This document shows, one piece after another, positions 18,536 through 28,806 of a stretch of 57,801 nt of DNA. Each line of letters starts with the position of its first letter. The first letter of the stretch is position 1. Made by a program: the position numbers and the translations under genes. The notes under the pieces are model-generated. The model saw only the letters and a program-made list of their open reading frames with translations, searched no databases and was not told the origin of the DNA. The stretch comes from Candidatus Falkowbacteria bacterium (GTDB lineage: Bacteria > Patescibacteriota > Patescibacteriia > Patescibacteriales > UBA12465), in NCBI GenBank assembly GCA_026396805.1, contig JAPLVZ010000002.1:1-57801 (forward strand), read 5' to 3'.

Positions 18536-19585
18536 ATGATGGAATTTTATACTGTTAAGATTTTGTTTTTTTCCGCACTCGCTTTTATTTTTACGATTAT
18601 CGTCGCGCCGCTTTTAACCCATTATCTTTATAAATATAAATTAGGGAAGAAAATTCGCCGCGGCGGCGAGACGCCGATTTTCAGCGAACTTCACGCCCAT
18701 AAAGAGGGAACGCCGACTATGGGCGGCGTCCTGATTTGGGGGACGGTTTTGATTTTTATTCTCGGTTTTTCCCTGTTAAACAACCTTTTCCCCGGCAGTA
18801 TTTTCCAGCACCTGAATTTTTTGTCCCGCTCGGAAACCCTCCTGCCTCTGGGCGCTTTGATTATTTCCGCTCTGATCGGACTCTTTGACGATTGGCTGGA
18901 TGTGCGCGGCAAAGGCGTGCTCGGCGGCGGCGGCTTAAAAATGCGTCATCGCCTGCTTATCTATGTCCTAATCGCGATCGCCGGCGCGCTGTGGTTTTAT
19001 TATAAATTGGATTGGACGGTTTTCCATATCCCTTTTTTGGGTAATTTTGAAATCGGCGGCTGGTATATTCCGATATTTATCTTTATCATCGTCGCCACTT
19101 CTTTCTCGGTCAATGAGACTGACGGCTTGGACGGTTTGGCCGGCGGGACTTTGGCGATCGCTTTCGCCGCTTACGGCGTAATCGCGTTTATCTTGGGACG
19201 TTATGAACTCGCGACTTTTTGTGGCGTCATTATCGGCGCCCTCCTCGCTTTCTTATGGTTTAATATTCCGCCCGCCCGCTTCTATCTGGGCGACACCGGG
19301 TCCATGAGTCTGGGAGTCACCCTCGGCATTATCGCCATGCTCACCAATAATTCGCTCCTGCTTATTTTTATCGGTTTGATTTTCTTGTTGGAATCACTAT
19401 CAGTCATTATCCAGGTCTTATCCAAGAAATTCCGTGGCCGCAAAGTTTTTTTATCAGCGCCCATCCATCATCATTACCAGGCTAAGGGCTGGCCGGAAGC
19501 GAAAGTCGTGATGCGTTTTTGGGTGATAGCGGGCATCGGCTCGGCCATCGCGCTGATGATTTTTTTTCTTGATCAAAAGTTTTAA
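18536..19585 (+). CDS. mraY: Phospho-N-acetylmuramoyl-pentapeptide transferase
   Basis: HKEGTPTMGG, GLFDD, NETDGLDGL, YLGDTGS, APIHHH. Confidence 0.97.
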   Translation: MMEFYTVKILFFSALAFIFTIIVAPLLTHYLYKYKLGKKIRRGGETPIFSELHAHKEGTPTMGGVLIWGTVLIFILGFSLLNNLFPGSIFQHLNFLSRSETLLPLGALIISALIGLFDDWLDVRGKGVLGGGGLKMRHRLLIYVLIAIAGALWFYYKLDWTVFHIPFLGNFEIGGWYIPIFIFIIVATSFSVNETDGLDGLAGGTLAIAFAAYGVIAFILGRYELATFCGVIIGALLAFLWFNIPPARFYLGDTGSMSLGVTLGIIAMLTNNSLLLIFIGLIFLLESLSVIIQVLSKKFRGRKVFLSAPIHHHYQAKGWPEAKVVMRFWVIAGIGSAIALMIFFLDQKF

Positions 19586-19605
19586 GTCCGTCCGAATTTT
19601 TTATT

Positions 19606-20757
19606 ATGCTGCGAATTTTCCGAGGAAAATCGGCGCCGCGTCCGAGCGAGCATGAACCCGATAAAAGCCTGATAACGGCTTTATTCGTTTTGCTTATTTT
19701 CGGACTGGTAATGCTTTTCAGCGCCTCTTGGATCGTTTCTTACGCCCGTTTTGGCAATACTTATCATTATCTTATCGGCCAGGTTTTCAGTCTAGCAATC
19801 GCCTTAGCGGTTTTTTTTATCGCCACGCGCGTTGATTATCATTGGTGGAAGAAGTTCGCCGGTTTCTTCCTGCTATTTTCCATCATTCTGCTTTTATTGG
19901 TTTTTATTCCCGGACTCCAGGCCGGCTATGGCACCGCTCGCAGTTGGATATATATCTTCGGTCAATCCTTCCAGCCGTCGGAATTGGTGAAAGTTTCTTT
20001 CTTGATATATCTGGCGACATGGCTCGAAGCGAAAAAAGAGGGACTCGGCAGCCTGACGAGCGGCGTCATCCCTTTTTTAATAATCCTGGGAGTTATCAGC
20101 GCGCTCATGATCTTGCAGCCTGATTTAGGAACGCTGTTTATTATCGCTTTCACGGCTCTGGTTGTTTTTTTCGCCGGCGGCGGACGAGTGACTCATATTA
20201 TCATCGCCTTGCTCTTAGCCACTCTGGCCGTATTTTTATTTTTGAATTTAAAATCTTATCAGAGTGACCGTTTTAAATGTTTGCAAGATCCCAGTTACAG
20301 TACTAATGATAAATGCTATCAGATTAACCAATCGCTGATCGCGGTCGGTTCCGGCGGACTTTTCGGCCGCGGTTTAGGTCAGAGCCGTCAGAAGTTCATG
20401 TATTTGCCGGAGGTCTGGAGCGATTCCATCTTTTCGATTATCGCCGAAGAGATCGGGTTTTTCTTTTCCACGCTTTTGATATTATTATATCTATTCCTGT
20501 TTTATCGCGGTTTGCTTATTGCCCGCGGCGCTCCGGATCTTTACGGCAGTTCCTTGGCGATTGGCATCGTCGTCTGGCTGGCGGTCCAGACATTCCTAAA
20601 TATCGGCGGTATGACTAACCTTATCCCGATGACCGGCGTGCCTTTGCCCTTTATTTCCGCCGGCGGATCGGCGGCCTTGTCGTCTCTACTTGGTATGGGC
20701 ATACTGGTTAATATAAGCAAACAGACAAAACGACGCGGGTATAATAAGACGGCTTAG
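19606..20757 (+). CDS. ftsW: SEDS peptidoglycan polymerase FtsW
   Basis: FQPSELVK, QPDLGT, GSGGLFGRG, YLPE..SD, P.TGVPLPFISAGG; between mraY and murG. Confidence 0.93.
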   Translation: MLRIFRGKSAPRPSEHEPDKSLITALFVLLIFGLVMLFSASWIVSYARFGNTYHYLIGQVFSLAIALAVFFIATRVDYHWWKKFAGFFLLFSIILLLLVFIPGLQAGYGTARSWIYIFGQSFQPSELVKVSFLIYLATWLEAKKEGLGSLTSGVIPFLIILGVISALMILQPDLGTLFIIAFTALVVFFAGGGRVTHIIIALLLATLAVFLFLNLKSYQSDRFKCLQDPSYSTNDKCYQINQSLIAVGSGGLFGRGLGQSRQKFMYLPEVWSDSIFSIIAEEIGFFFSTLLILLYLFLFYRGLLIARGAPDLYGSSLAIGIVVWLAVQTFLNIGGMTNLIPMTGVPLPFISAGGSAALSSLLGMGILVNISKQTKRRGYNKTA

Positions 20758-20783
20758 ATAATAATAAATTAGATAATAATAAA

Positions 20784-21914
20784 ATGGCTAATAGTCGACC
20801 GACAAAAATAATAATGTTCAGCGGCGGCGGAACCGGGGGATCGGTGGCTCCGCTTTTGGCCGTGGCCGAAGAGCTATGGAAGGAACCGGGCGATTCTGAT
20901 TTACGGTTTGTCTTCGTCGGCACCAAGAGCGGCCCGGAAAGGGAAATGGTCGCCGCTTTTAATAAGGAAATCGGCCCGATGGAATTCATTCCGCTTATCA
21001 GCGGCAAATGGCGCCGTTATTTCTCTATTTATAATTTTTTGGACATTTTTAAAATTATCGCCGCTTGGTTTCAATCTTTCGGCCTGTTGGCAAAAATTCG
21101 TCCGGATATCGTCATCAGCGCCGGCGCTTTCGTCAGCGTCCCTTTAGTTTGGGCGGCGACCGGAAAAAAAATTCCCGTCCTCATTCATCAGCAGGATTTA
21201 CGTCCCGGCCTGGCCAATAAATTAATGGCCCATCGAGCGCGCGCCATTACCGTCGTTTTTGAAAAATCTCTGCTTGATTATGGTCCGAAAGCGGTCTTAG
21301 CGGGGAATCCGATACGCCAATTAATGAATATCCGAGATGAAAATTTGGTTAAAAAATTAAAAGCTGAATATTCTTTAGATAATTCCATTCCTCTGGTTTT
21401 ATTTTTTGGCGGCGGTCTCGGCGCGACCGGAATAAACCGTTTAGTTTTTAAGGCCGCCTCCGGTCTGGCCCGGGACTGTCAGATTATCCATCTGACCGGT
21501 CGGGGGAAGATGCCTGAAGATTCTAATTTATTAAAGATTAATAATTATCATGTCTTAGAATTTCTAGATAATCGTGAATTAGCTACCTTGATGGCTCTGT
21601 CCGATTTGGTCGTTTCTCGCGCCGGTCTCGGCACTTTGACGGAATTATCTTATTGGCGCAAGCCGACAATTCTGATTCCGATGCCGAACTCGCATCAGGA
21701 AGAAAACGCCGCTTATTTCGCGCAGGAGCGGGCGGCTTTATTTATGAATCAAGCGGAACTCACTCCGGAAAAATTAACGGCGGCCGTCAAAGACGTTTTG
21801 GCTGATTCGATCTTAAAAAGGGAATTAAGCAATAATATCGGCAAGATTATGAAGCGCGGCGCGGCCGGCACCATTGCCGGGATTATCTGGGAAATTATCG
21901 GCGGACAAAAATAA
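20784..21914 (+). CDS. murG: Lipid II GlcNAc transferase MurG
   Basis: GGGTGGSV.P, HQQD..PGLAN, GNPIR, GGGLGA, SRAG, HQEENA. Confidence 0.95.
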   Translation: MANSRPTKIIMFSGGGTGGSVAPLLAVAEELWKEPGDSDLRFVFVGTKSGPEREMVAAFNKEIGPMEFIPLISGKWRRYFSIYNFLDIFKIIAAWFQSFGLLAKIRPDIVISAGAFVSVPLVWAATGKKIPVLIHQQDLRPGLANKLMAHRARAITVVFEKSLLDYGPKAVLAGNPIRQLMNIRDENLVKKLKAEYSLDNSIPLVLFFGGGLGATGINRLVFKAASGLARDCQIIHLTGRGKMPEDSNLLKINNYHVLEFLDNRELATLMALSDLVVSRAGLGTLTELSYWRKPTILIPMPNSHQEENAAYFAQERAALFMNQAELTPEKLTAAVKDVLADSILKRELSNNIGKIMKRGAAGTIAGIIWEIIGGQK

Positions 21915-21969
21915 ATGGACAAAAATAAATCAGGACGGATAAAAGGCGGCGCTTTAACTTGATTTCATT

Positions 21970-23496
21970 ATGGCTAAATTAATAAAGACAAAAAAAAATA
22001 AAATAAAGAAAAATATTTATTTTATCGGCATCAAAGGTGCGGGTATGACGATGCTGGCTCAATTTTTAGCGGCGCAGGGACACCAGGTTTCCGGTTCCGA
22101 TATCCAAGATTCTTTTTTGACCGATAAAGTCTTAAAGAAGGCCAAAATAAAAGTTTTGTCGCCGTTTGCGGCGAGTAATATTCCCGTCCGGCCGGATTTG
22201 ATAATTTATTCTTCCGCTTATAACGAGAAAAATAATCCGGAAATGGCTGAAATAAAAAAGCCGGCGGATTTTAAGAATATTCCCGTTTTATCTTACGCCG
22301 CCGCTTTAGGCCGGGTTTTTAATGAACATGACGGCGTCGCGGTCTGCGGCAGCCACGGAAAAACCACGACTTCCGCTTGGCTCGGCTATGTCCTGATGAA
22401 AGCCGGTCAGGAGCCGAACGTGCTCGTCGGTTCCCGCGTCCCTCAATTTAGCGGCAGCAGTTTAAAAGGTTCATCGCCTTATCTTATCGCTGAAGTCGAT
22501 GAATATCAAAATAAATTACAATACTTCCGACCCATTGGCGTCGTGCTAAATAATATTGATTACGACCACCCCGATTATTTTAAGACCGCCGCCGCTTATA
22601 CTAAAGTTTTCGCCGACTTTATCAAGAAAATTTCGCCGGCCGGCTTCTTAATCATCAATGGCCGCGATCAAGAAATAAAAAAGATAAAAAAATATTGCCG
22701 CGGCCGGGTGCGCTCTTATGATTTAGCGCCGAACGCCAAGACCTTTGTCGAGGCGGAAGAAGCAATTAAGACCGAAGTCGATTATTTGGCTTATGATTTA
22801 AGGTTGAGAAACGGCTATCAAATATTTAAAGTCGCAAGCCGCGAGACAAAAGTGAGCGCTAAGCTGCGCGTCGAAAATGTTTACGGCTTGGGAGAATTCA
22901 AGATCAGTCTCTGGGGAGAACATAACGCGCTCAACGCGCTCGCGGTTCTTGCCGCCGCCCGTGAATTAAAAGTGTCTTTAGAAGAAGTCAGAAGCGCCCT
23001 GGCCTCATTCACCGGTACCGAACGCCGCGCTCAAATCCTTGGGAAATATCACGGCGCTCTGATAATCGACGATTACGCCCATCATCCGACGGAAATCGCG
23101 GCGACTCTGAAAGGCCTGTGCGCTCATTATCCGGATAAAAATATTATTACCGTCTTTCATCCTCATACTTTCACCCGCACCAAAGAATTTTTCCATGATT
23201 TTGTGACCAGTTTTACCTCTTCCGATGAACTCATAATTCTGGATATTTACGGTTCGGCTCGGGAATCCGCCGGCCGGCGGACGGTGGAAGCAAAAGACGG
23301 AATTTCCAGCCGCCAACTGGTCGTTGCTATCGATAAATTCAACAAAAATCAGAAGCGCAAGCAGTCGGTCAAATATTTAGGCACTATACCAGAAGTAATC
23401 GCGTATTTGCGCCGGCGTTTGACTTCCAAAGACACTTTACTGTTAATGGGAGCCGGCGATGTTTTTAGAATCGGGGAAGACTTGTTAAAACCATAA
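21970..23496 (+). CDS. murC: UDP-N-acetylmuramate--L-alanine ligase
   Basis: FIGIKGAGM, GSHGKTTT, DYDHPDY, GEHNALNA, DDYAHHPTEI, FHPHTFTRT, LMGAGD; several short insertions. Confidence 0.96.
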   Translation: MAKLIKTKKNKIKKNIYFIGIKGAGMTMLAQFLAAQGHQVSGSDIQDSFLTDKVLKKAKIKVLSPFAASNIPVRPDLIIYSSAYNEKNNPEMAEIKKPADFKNIPVLSYAAALGRVFNEHDGVAVCGSHGKTTTSAWLGYVLMKAGQEPNVLVGSRVPQFSGSSLKGSSPYLIAEVDEYQNKLQYFRPIGVVLNNIDYDHPDYFKTAAAYTKVFADFIKKISPAGFLIINGRDQEIKKIKKYCRGRVRSYDLAPNAKTFVEAEEAIKTEVDYLAYDLRLRNGYQIFKVASRETKVSAKLRVENVYGLGEFKISLWGEHNALNALAVLAAARELKVSLEEVRSALASFTGTERRAQILGKYHGALIIDDYAHHPTEIAATLKGLCAHYPDKNIITVFHPHTFTRTKEFFHDFVTSFTSSDELIILDIYGSARESAGRRTVEAKDGISSRQLVVAIDKFNKNQKRKQSVKYLGTIPEVIAYLRRRLTSKDTLLLMGAGDVFRIGEDLLKP

Positions 23497-23518
23497 AAAT
23501 TTTGTATTATTCCTATCT

Positions 23519-25309
23519 ATGATTCAAGTCGACGAAAATAAAACTGAAAAAGAGAGTATCTCCTGGAAGCGTTTTTGGGTGGAATTATGGCGTTTACTGG
23601 CGTCTTTTAGGAAATTATTCGGGACGATAACGATTGTCACTCTGCTGGCGGCGATTTTGGATTTGGGAAAACCCTATATCTTAAAATTGGTTATCGACAA
23701 TTTGAATAATTTTTCCAAGGATCAATTATTCTTCTTATTAAAACTGATCGTTCTTTATCTGGCGACGGATGAGTTTCGTTCTTTTATATCTTATCTGGGT
23801 GATCGTTGGATTCTGAAATTATTGGTCAAGGTGGAATATTTTTTGGGCATGACCGCCCAGGAAAAATTGGTTTTTTTAAGCTTGGGCTATCATGAGCGCC
23901 AAAATACCGGGGCGAAGATAATTAAGATTGAAAGAGGGGTGGAAAAGATTTCCGAATTTTTGAATAATATTTTTTGGGAAGTCTTGCCGACCGTGTTTCA
24001 ACTTGTTTTTACTCTCGTGGCTTTATTCTGGTCCGATTGGCGCATCGGCCTTTCCTTTTTGGTTTTCGCGCCGCTTTTTATCTTCATAACCTATTGGTCC
24101 AATAAGCGGATGTATCCGATTCGGAAAGCGATTTATCGCGATTATGAAATCGCTTCCGGCAAGATGGGGCAGGCGATAATCAATATCAACGCCGTCCAAT
24201 CTTTCGTGCAGGAAGAGAACGAACTGAAAGGCTTCGGACGCGTCAAAGCGAAGATCCGTGATAACGAAGACAAGCAATGGGGCTGGATGATGAAAATCGG
24301 CCTGGGGCGCAATTTTATCGTTGATTTCGGCCGGGCGGCCGTTTTATTTCTAGGCGTTTATTTGGTTTACAAGGGAACGCTCTCCGTCGGTTCTTTGATT
24401 TTCGTCTTCACGCTAAGCGAGAAAGCCTATGCGTCTTTATTTCGTCTTTCCCGTTTTTACGACCGGATGGAAGAAGGCCGTGAAGGCGTCAACCGCTTGA
24501 TCGCCCTGTTTAACGAGGAGAATGAAATCGTCAATCCGCCAGGTGGCTTGAAACCGTCAGACATCAAAGGCGAAATAAAATTTGATCATGCTTCTTTCCA
24601 TTACAATATTAATAAGCGAGCCGCGGTCAGCGATTTGAGTTTTACAATCAAAGCGGGCAGCATCACGGCCTTAGTCGGTCCTTCCGGCGGCGGTAAAACT
24701 ACCGTCGCCCGCTTGGTTTATCGTCATTATGATCCTCAAGTCGGCCGCGTCTTACTAGACGGGAAAGACCTGCGCGCTTATGATTTGCGGAGCTTCAGGA
24801 AATTTTTAGCCATCGTTCCGCAAGAGGTGGAAATTTTCGATCTGACCGTGGCGGCCAATATCGCTTACGCCCGTCCCGAGGCCACACGCGCGGAGATTGT
24901 TGAAGCGGCACGCATCGCTAACGCGGACGAATTCATCGCTCGGCTTGATAAGGGTTATGATACGTTAACCGGCGAAAGAGGCATAAAATTATCCGGCGGT
25001 CAGCGCCAGCGCCTCGGCATCGCTCGGGCGATTCTGGCTAATCCGCGTGTTCTAATTTTTGATGAAGCGACTTCTAATCTGGATAGTCAAAGTGAAGCGC
25101 TGATTCAAGACGCGATAAAAAAAATCAGCCGCAATCGGACAATGATAATCATCGCCCATCGTTTAAGCACGATCAAACAAGCCGATAAGATTGTCGTTTT
25201 GGAAGGCGGGAAAGTCGTTGAAGAGGGAAGCCATAAAGAATTGGCTTCCGCTCAGGGCGGCTTATACGCCAAGCTCTTGAAACTGCAGGCGCTGGGAGAA
25301 GTAGATTAA
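23519..25309 (+). CDS. ABC exporter half-transporter (TMD + NBD, MsbA/Sav1866-like)
   Basis: Six-TM domain, GPSGGGKT, LSGGQRQR, IFDEATS, IAHRLST. Confidence 0.95.
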   Translation: MIQVDENKTEKESISWKRFWVELWRLLASFRKLFGTITIVTLLAAILDLGKPYILKLVIDNLNNFSKDQLFFLLKLIVLYLATDEFRSFISYLGDRWILKLLVKVEYFLGMTAQEKLVFLSLGYHERQNTGAKIIKIERGVEKISEFLNNIFWEVLPTVFQLVFTLVALFWSDWRIGLSFLVFAPLFIFITYWSNKRMYPIRKAIYRDYEIASGKMGQAIININAVQSFVQEENELKGFGRVKAKIRDNEDKQWGWMMKIGLGRNFIVDFGRAAVLFLGVYLVYKGTLSVGSLIFVFTLSEKAYASLFRLSRFYDRMEEGREGVNRLIALFNEENEIVNPPGGLKPSDIKGEIKFDHASFHYNINKRAAVSDLSFTIKAGSITALVGPSGGGKTTVARLVYRHYDPQVGRVLLDGKDLRAYDLRSFRKFLAIVPQEVEIFDLTVAANIAYARPEATRAEIVEAARIANADEFIARLDKGYDTLTGERGIKLSGGQRQRLGIARAILANPRVLIFDEATSNLDSQSEALIQDAIKKISRNRTMIIIAHRLSTIKQADKIVVLEGGKVVEEGSHKELASAQGGLYAKLLKLQALGEVD

Positions 25310-25336
25310 TCAAAATTTTCCGATTATAATGGGAAT

Positions 25337-26356
25337 ATGTTAAAGATTGAACCAAATAAAAATTTAACTCGCCTCACGACTCTTCAAATCGGCGCTCCGG
25401 CCGAATTTTTCGCTGTTATCAAGAGCCGAGAAGATCTGGACGAAGCGATTGTCTGGGCCAAAAAAAACAAGAAAACCATTTGGATATTGGGAGGCGGTTC
25501 TAACGTCTTGATTTCTAAAAAAATAGTCGGCTTGGTTTTAAAGAATGAGATCAGGGGCATGGCCATAAAGAAAGAAGGCGCGACCACGGCGATTGTCGAG
25601 GCGAAGTCCGGAGAAAGCTGGATTCGTTTCGTTAATTTTACCGTAGAACATAATTTAAGCGGGCTGGAAAATTTATTTTTAATTTACGGCACCGTCGGCG
25701 CCGCTCCGGTTCAAAATATCGGCGCTTACGGCGTGGAACTAAAAGATGTTTTTTATTCGCTCACGGCGATTGATTTAAAAACCGGGTGCGAAAGAATCTT
25801 TAAGCCGGCCGATTGTCGCTTCGGCTATCGCGACAGTATTTTCAAGAATAAATTGAAAGGCCGCTACTTTATATATTCCGTCGCCGTCAAGTTAAGCAAG
25901 AAACCGTCTTTAAAATTAGATTACGGATCTTTGCGGGAAAAATTGGCCGAGCAAGGGATAAAGAAGCCGTCTCTAAAAGATGTTGTGGCCGCGATTGCCG
26001 AAATCAGAAACAGTAAGTTGCCGAATCCCGGGACTCTGCCCAACGCCGGCTCTTTCTTTAAAAATATAGAAACGAGCTTAGCTATTTATAAAAAATTATT
26101 AAAAAAATATCCGGGCTTGCCGTTCTGGCCGGTCTCCGCCGCCCGCGTTAAGATTCCGGCCGGCTGGCTGATAGAGAACGCCGGGTTCAAGGGCAAGAAA
26201 TTTGGTTCGGTCGGCATGCACGATAAACAAGCCTTGATTCTCGTTAATTACGGCGGCGCGAGCGCCAAACAGGCCGGCGCTTTAGTTAAGAAGGTTAAAG
26301 CCGCGGTCAAGAAGAAATTTGGCCTTGATTTAGAGGAAGAAGTTAATATAATATAG
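25337..26356 (+). CDS. murB: UDP-N-acetylenolpyruvoylglucosamine reductase
   Basis: LGGGSNVL, GTVGAAPVQNIGAYG, FGYRDSIFK, NAGSFFKN, LEEEV. Confidence 0.96.
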   Translation: MLKIEPNKNLTRLTTLQIGAPAEFFAVIKSREDLDEAIVWAKKNKKTIWILGGGSNVLISKKIVGLVLKNEIRGMAIKKEGATTAIVEAKSGESWIRFVNFTVEHNLSGLENLFLIYGTVGAAPVQNIGAYGVELKDVFYSLTAIDLKTGCERIFKPADCRFGYRDSIFKNKLKGRYFIYSVAVKLSKKPSLKLDYGSLREKLAEQGIKKPSLKDVVAAIAEIRNSKLPNPGTLPNAGSFFKNIETSLAIYKKLLKKYPGLPFWPVSAARVKIPAGWLIENAGFKGKKFGSVGMHDKQALILVNYGGASAKQAGALVKKVKAAVKKKFGLDLEEEVNII

Positions 26357-26362
26357 AAACCT

Positions 26363-28210
26363 ATGAACTCGCATGAACTCCGCCAAAAATATTTGGATTT
26401 TTTTAAGAGCCATAATCACGCCGTGATTTCCGGCGCTTCTTTGATTCCGGAAAACGATCCGACCGTCCTGTTCACGACCGCCGGCATGCATCCGCTGGTT
26501 CCTTATTTATTGGGCGAGAAACATCCGTCCGGGACTCGACTGGTTAATGTGCAAAAATGTATCCGCACGGGCGATATTGACGAGGTCGGCGACAAAACTC
26601 ATCACACTTTTTTTGAGATGATGGGAAATTGGTCCCTCGGCGATTATTTTAAGCCCGAATCCATTAATTACAGCTGGGAGTTTTTGACTGATCCGAAATG
26701 GCTTGGTTTAGACAAGAATCGTTTGGCCGTTTCTGTCTTTGAAGGCGACGCCGACGCGCCATATGACGAGGAAGCTTATAATTTATGGGCGGAAATATTC
26801 AAGAAAAATAACCTGCCCTTGGAACGTATCGCTAAGCTGCCGAAAAAGAATAATTGGTGGGGACCAGCCGGCGCGACCGGTCCTTGCGGCCCGGATATAG
26901 AAATTTTTTATTGGGGCGGCGCCGCCAATCAAGTTCCCGGAAGTTTTAACGATGACAACGAGGCCTGGATAGAAATCTGGAATAACGTTTTCATGCAATA
27001 TAATAAGAACGCCGCCGGGAAGTTTGAACCCTTAGCTCAAAAAAACGTGGATACCGGCTTGGGGCTAGAAAGAGTCTTGGCGGTTATGAATGGCTTGGAT
27101 GATAATTATAAGACCGATTTGTTTAGTCATATTATTAAGAAAATAGAAGATTTAACCTTAAATCCCAAAACTGGAGATCGACATATATATGGCGAAAGTC
27201 CTGAAACTACGCGGGCGATGCGCATTATCGCCGACCATCTCAAGGCCGCGACTTTTATTATCGGCGACGACCGCGGTGTCTCCCCGTCTAATACCGACCA
27301 AGGTTATGTCGTCCGTCGCTTGATTAGACGAGCGATAAGATATGCCAAATTAATCGGCATTAAAGAAGCGCATTTTACCTCTGAAATCGCTAAAATTGTC
27401 ATTGTTCAATATAAAAATATTTATCCCGAGTTAGAAATGAATCAAGATTTTATTATTGAAAATTTAGTAAAAGAAGAAAATAAATTCGTTGGCACCCTGG
27501 AAAAAGGCTTGATTGAATTCAATAAATTAGCCACTGACGGCATCAGCGGCAAAGAAGCTTTTAAGCTTTATCAGAGTTATGGTTTTCCGCTGGAAATAAC
27601 CGAGGAATTGGCGAAAGAAAAAGGCGTCACTATCGACCGTACCGGTTTCGAAGTTGAACTCCAGAAACATCAATCCCTCTCCCGCACCGCTTCGGCCGGA
27701 AAATTCAAGGGTGGTTTGGCTGATGCCGGAGAAGAAACGACTAAGCTCCATACGGCCGCGCACCTGCTCTTGGCCTCTTTGCGCCGTGTTCTCGGTGATC
27801 ACGTAACTCAAAAGGGAAGTAATATCACCCCCGAACGTTTACGTCTGGATTTTTCTCATCCCGATAAAATGACTCCAATCCAAATCAAACAAGTCGAGGA
27901 CTTAGTCAACGGCGCGATTAAAAATGATTTTAAAGTCGTTTGCGAAGAATTATCTCTGGAAGAAGCTAAAAAACGCGGCGCCATGGGAGTTTTTGACTCT
28001 AAATACGGAGAAAAAGTTAAAGTTTATACTATCTGTCATTTGGGTGAAGGTAATATATTAGCTCCCGAATGCTTAAAGTCCGCCTTTTCCCAAGAAATTT
28101 GCGGCGGTCCGCATGTCGCCAATACTGAAGTATTAGGCCATTTTTCCATTCAAAAAGAAGAGGCCTCAAGCGCCGGAGTTAGAAGGATTAAAGCTGTCTT
28201 AACGAAATAA
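26363..28210 (+). CDS. alaS: Alanine--tRNA ligase, shortened (no C-Ala domain)
   Basis: FTTAGMHP, HHTFFEMMGNWS, DTGLGLER, HTAAHLL, EICGGPHV, GVRRIKA at the very end. Confidence 0.96.
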   Translation: MNSHELRQKYLDFFKSHNHAVISGASLIPENDPTVLFTTAGMHPLVPYLLGEKHPSGTRLVNVQKCIRTGDIDEVGDKTHHTFFEMMGNWSLGDYFKPESINYSWEFLTDPKWLGLDKNRLAVSVFEGDADAPYDEEAYNLWAEIFKKNNLPLERIAKLPKKNNWWGPAGATGPCGPDIEIFYWGGAANQVPGSFNDDNEAWIEIWNNVFMQYNKNAAGKFEPLAQKNVDTGLGLERVLAVMNGLDDNYKTDLFSHIIKKIEDLTLNPKTGDRHIYGESPETTRAMRIIADHLKAATFIIGDDRGVSPSNTDQGYVVRRLIRRAIRYAKLIGIKEAHFTSEIAKIVIVQYKNIYPELEMNQDFIIENLVKEENKFVGTLEKGLIEFNKLATDGISGKEAFKLYQSYGFPLEITEELAKEKGVTIDRTGFEVELQKHQSLSRTASAGKFKGGLADAGEETTKLHTAAHLLLASLRRVLGDHVTQKGSNITPERLRLDFSHPDKMTPIQIKQVEDLVNGAIKNDFKVVCEELSLEEAKKRGAMGVFDSKYGEKVKVYTICHLGEGNILAPECLKSAFSQEICGGPHVANTEVLGHFSIQKEEASSAGVRRIKAVLTK

Positions 28211-28230
28211 GGCTTTTTCGGCTCTATGTC

Positions 28231-28259
28231 TTGACAATTCCCAATCTTATCTCTATAAT
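28231..28259 (+). promoter_or_regulatory. Perfect consensus sigma70 promoter for the infA-rpsI cluster
   Basis: TTGACA (28231-28236), 17 nt, TATAAT (28254-28259). Confidence 0.85.
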
Positions 28260-28352
28260 AATTTTATTAAGATTATTAGAAAAAATAACTTAAATAATTT
28301 TTAAAGAATTTTGATAAAACGCCTTTAGCCTTTATCAAATTTTTTTGTGTTA

Positions 28353-28610
28353 ATGTCAAACGAAAAAGAAAATATTAACGACAGTTCGGTCACTCTTAAC
28401 GCCAAAGACTTCATTGAAATGCAGGGCGAAGTCCTGAAACTGATGCCGGCGGCCAGTTTCAAGGTCGGTTTGGAAAACGGCCATGAAATCTTGGCGCACC
28501 TGTCGGGGAAAATGCGGATGAATAAGATTCGTCTGCTTCCGGGAGATAAAGTCAAGCTGCAAATAAGTCCCTACGATCTGACCAAGGGTCGGATAACTTA
28601 TCGCCTGTAA
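28353..28610 (+). CDS. infA: Translation initiation factor IF-1
   Basis: [48 protein letters not shown]. Confidence 0.96.
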   Translation: MSNEKENINDSSVTLNAKDFIEMQGEVLKLMPAASFKVGLENGHEILAHLSGKMRMNKIRLLPGDKVKLQISPYDLTKGRITYRL

Positions 28611-28619
28611 TCCGGCGGA

Positions 28620-28657
28620 TAAGTCGATATTTTTTTAATAAGTCGATATTTTTTTAA
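28620..28657. repeat. Perfect 19-bp tandem duplication
   Basis: TAAGTCGATATTTTTTTAA twice (28620-28638, 28639-28657). Confidence 0.9.
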
Positions 28658-28674
28658 TTAGATAAATTTTTTAT

Positions 28675-28788
28675 ATGAAAGTAAGAGCCAGCATTAAAAA
28701 AATTTGTAAAGATTGCAAAGTGGTGCGCCGTAAAGGCTGTATCCATGTTATTTGCAAAAATCCTAAACATAAACAGAGACAGGGTTAA
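28675..28788 (+). CDS. rpmJ: 50S ribosomal protein L36 (not in the ORF track)
   Basis: Manual translation [37 protein letters not shown]. Confidence 0.97.
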   Translation: MKVRASIKKICKDCKVVRRKGCIHVICKNPKHKQRQG

Positions 28789-28806
28789 TTTTTAAATACC
28801 TAAAAT

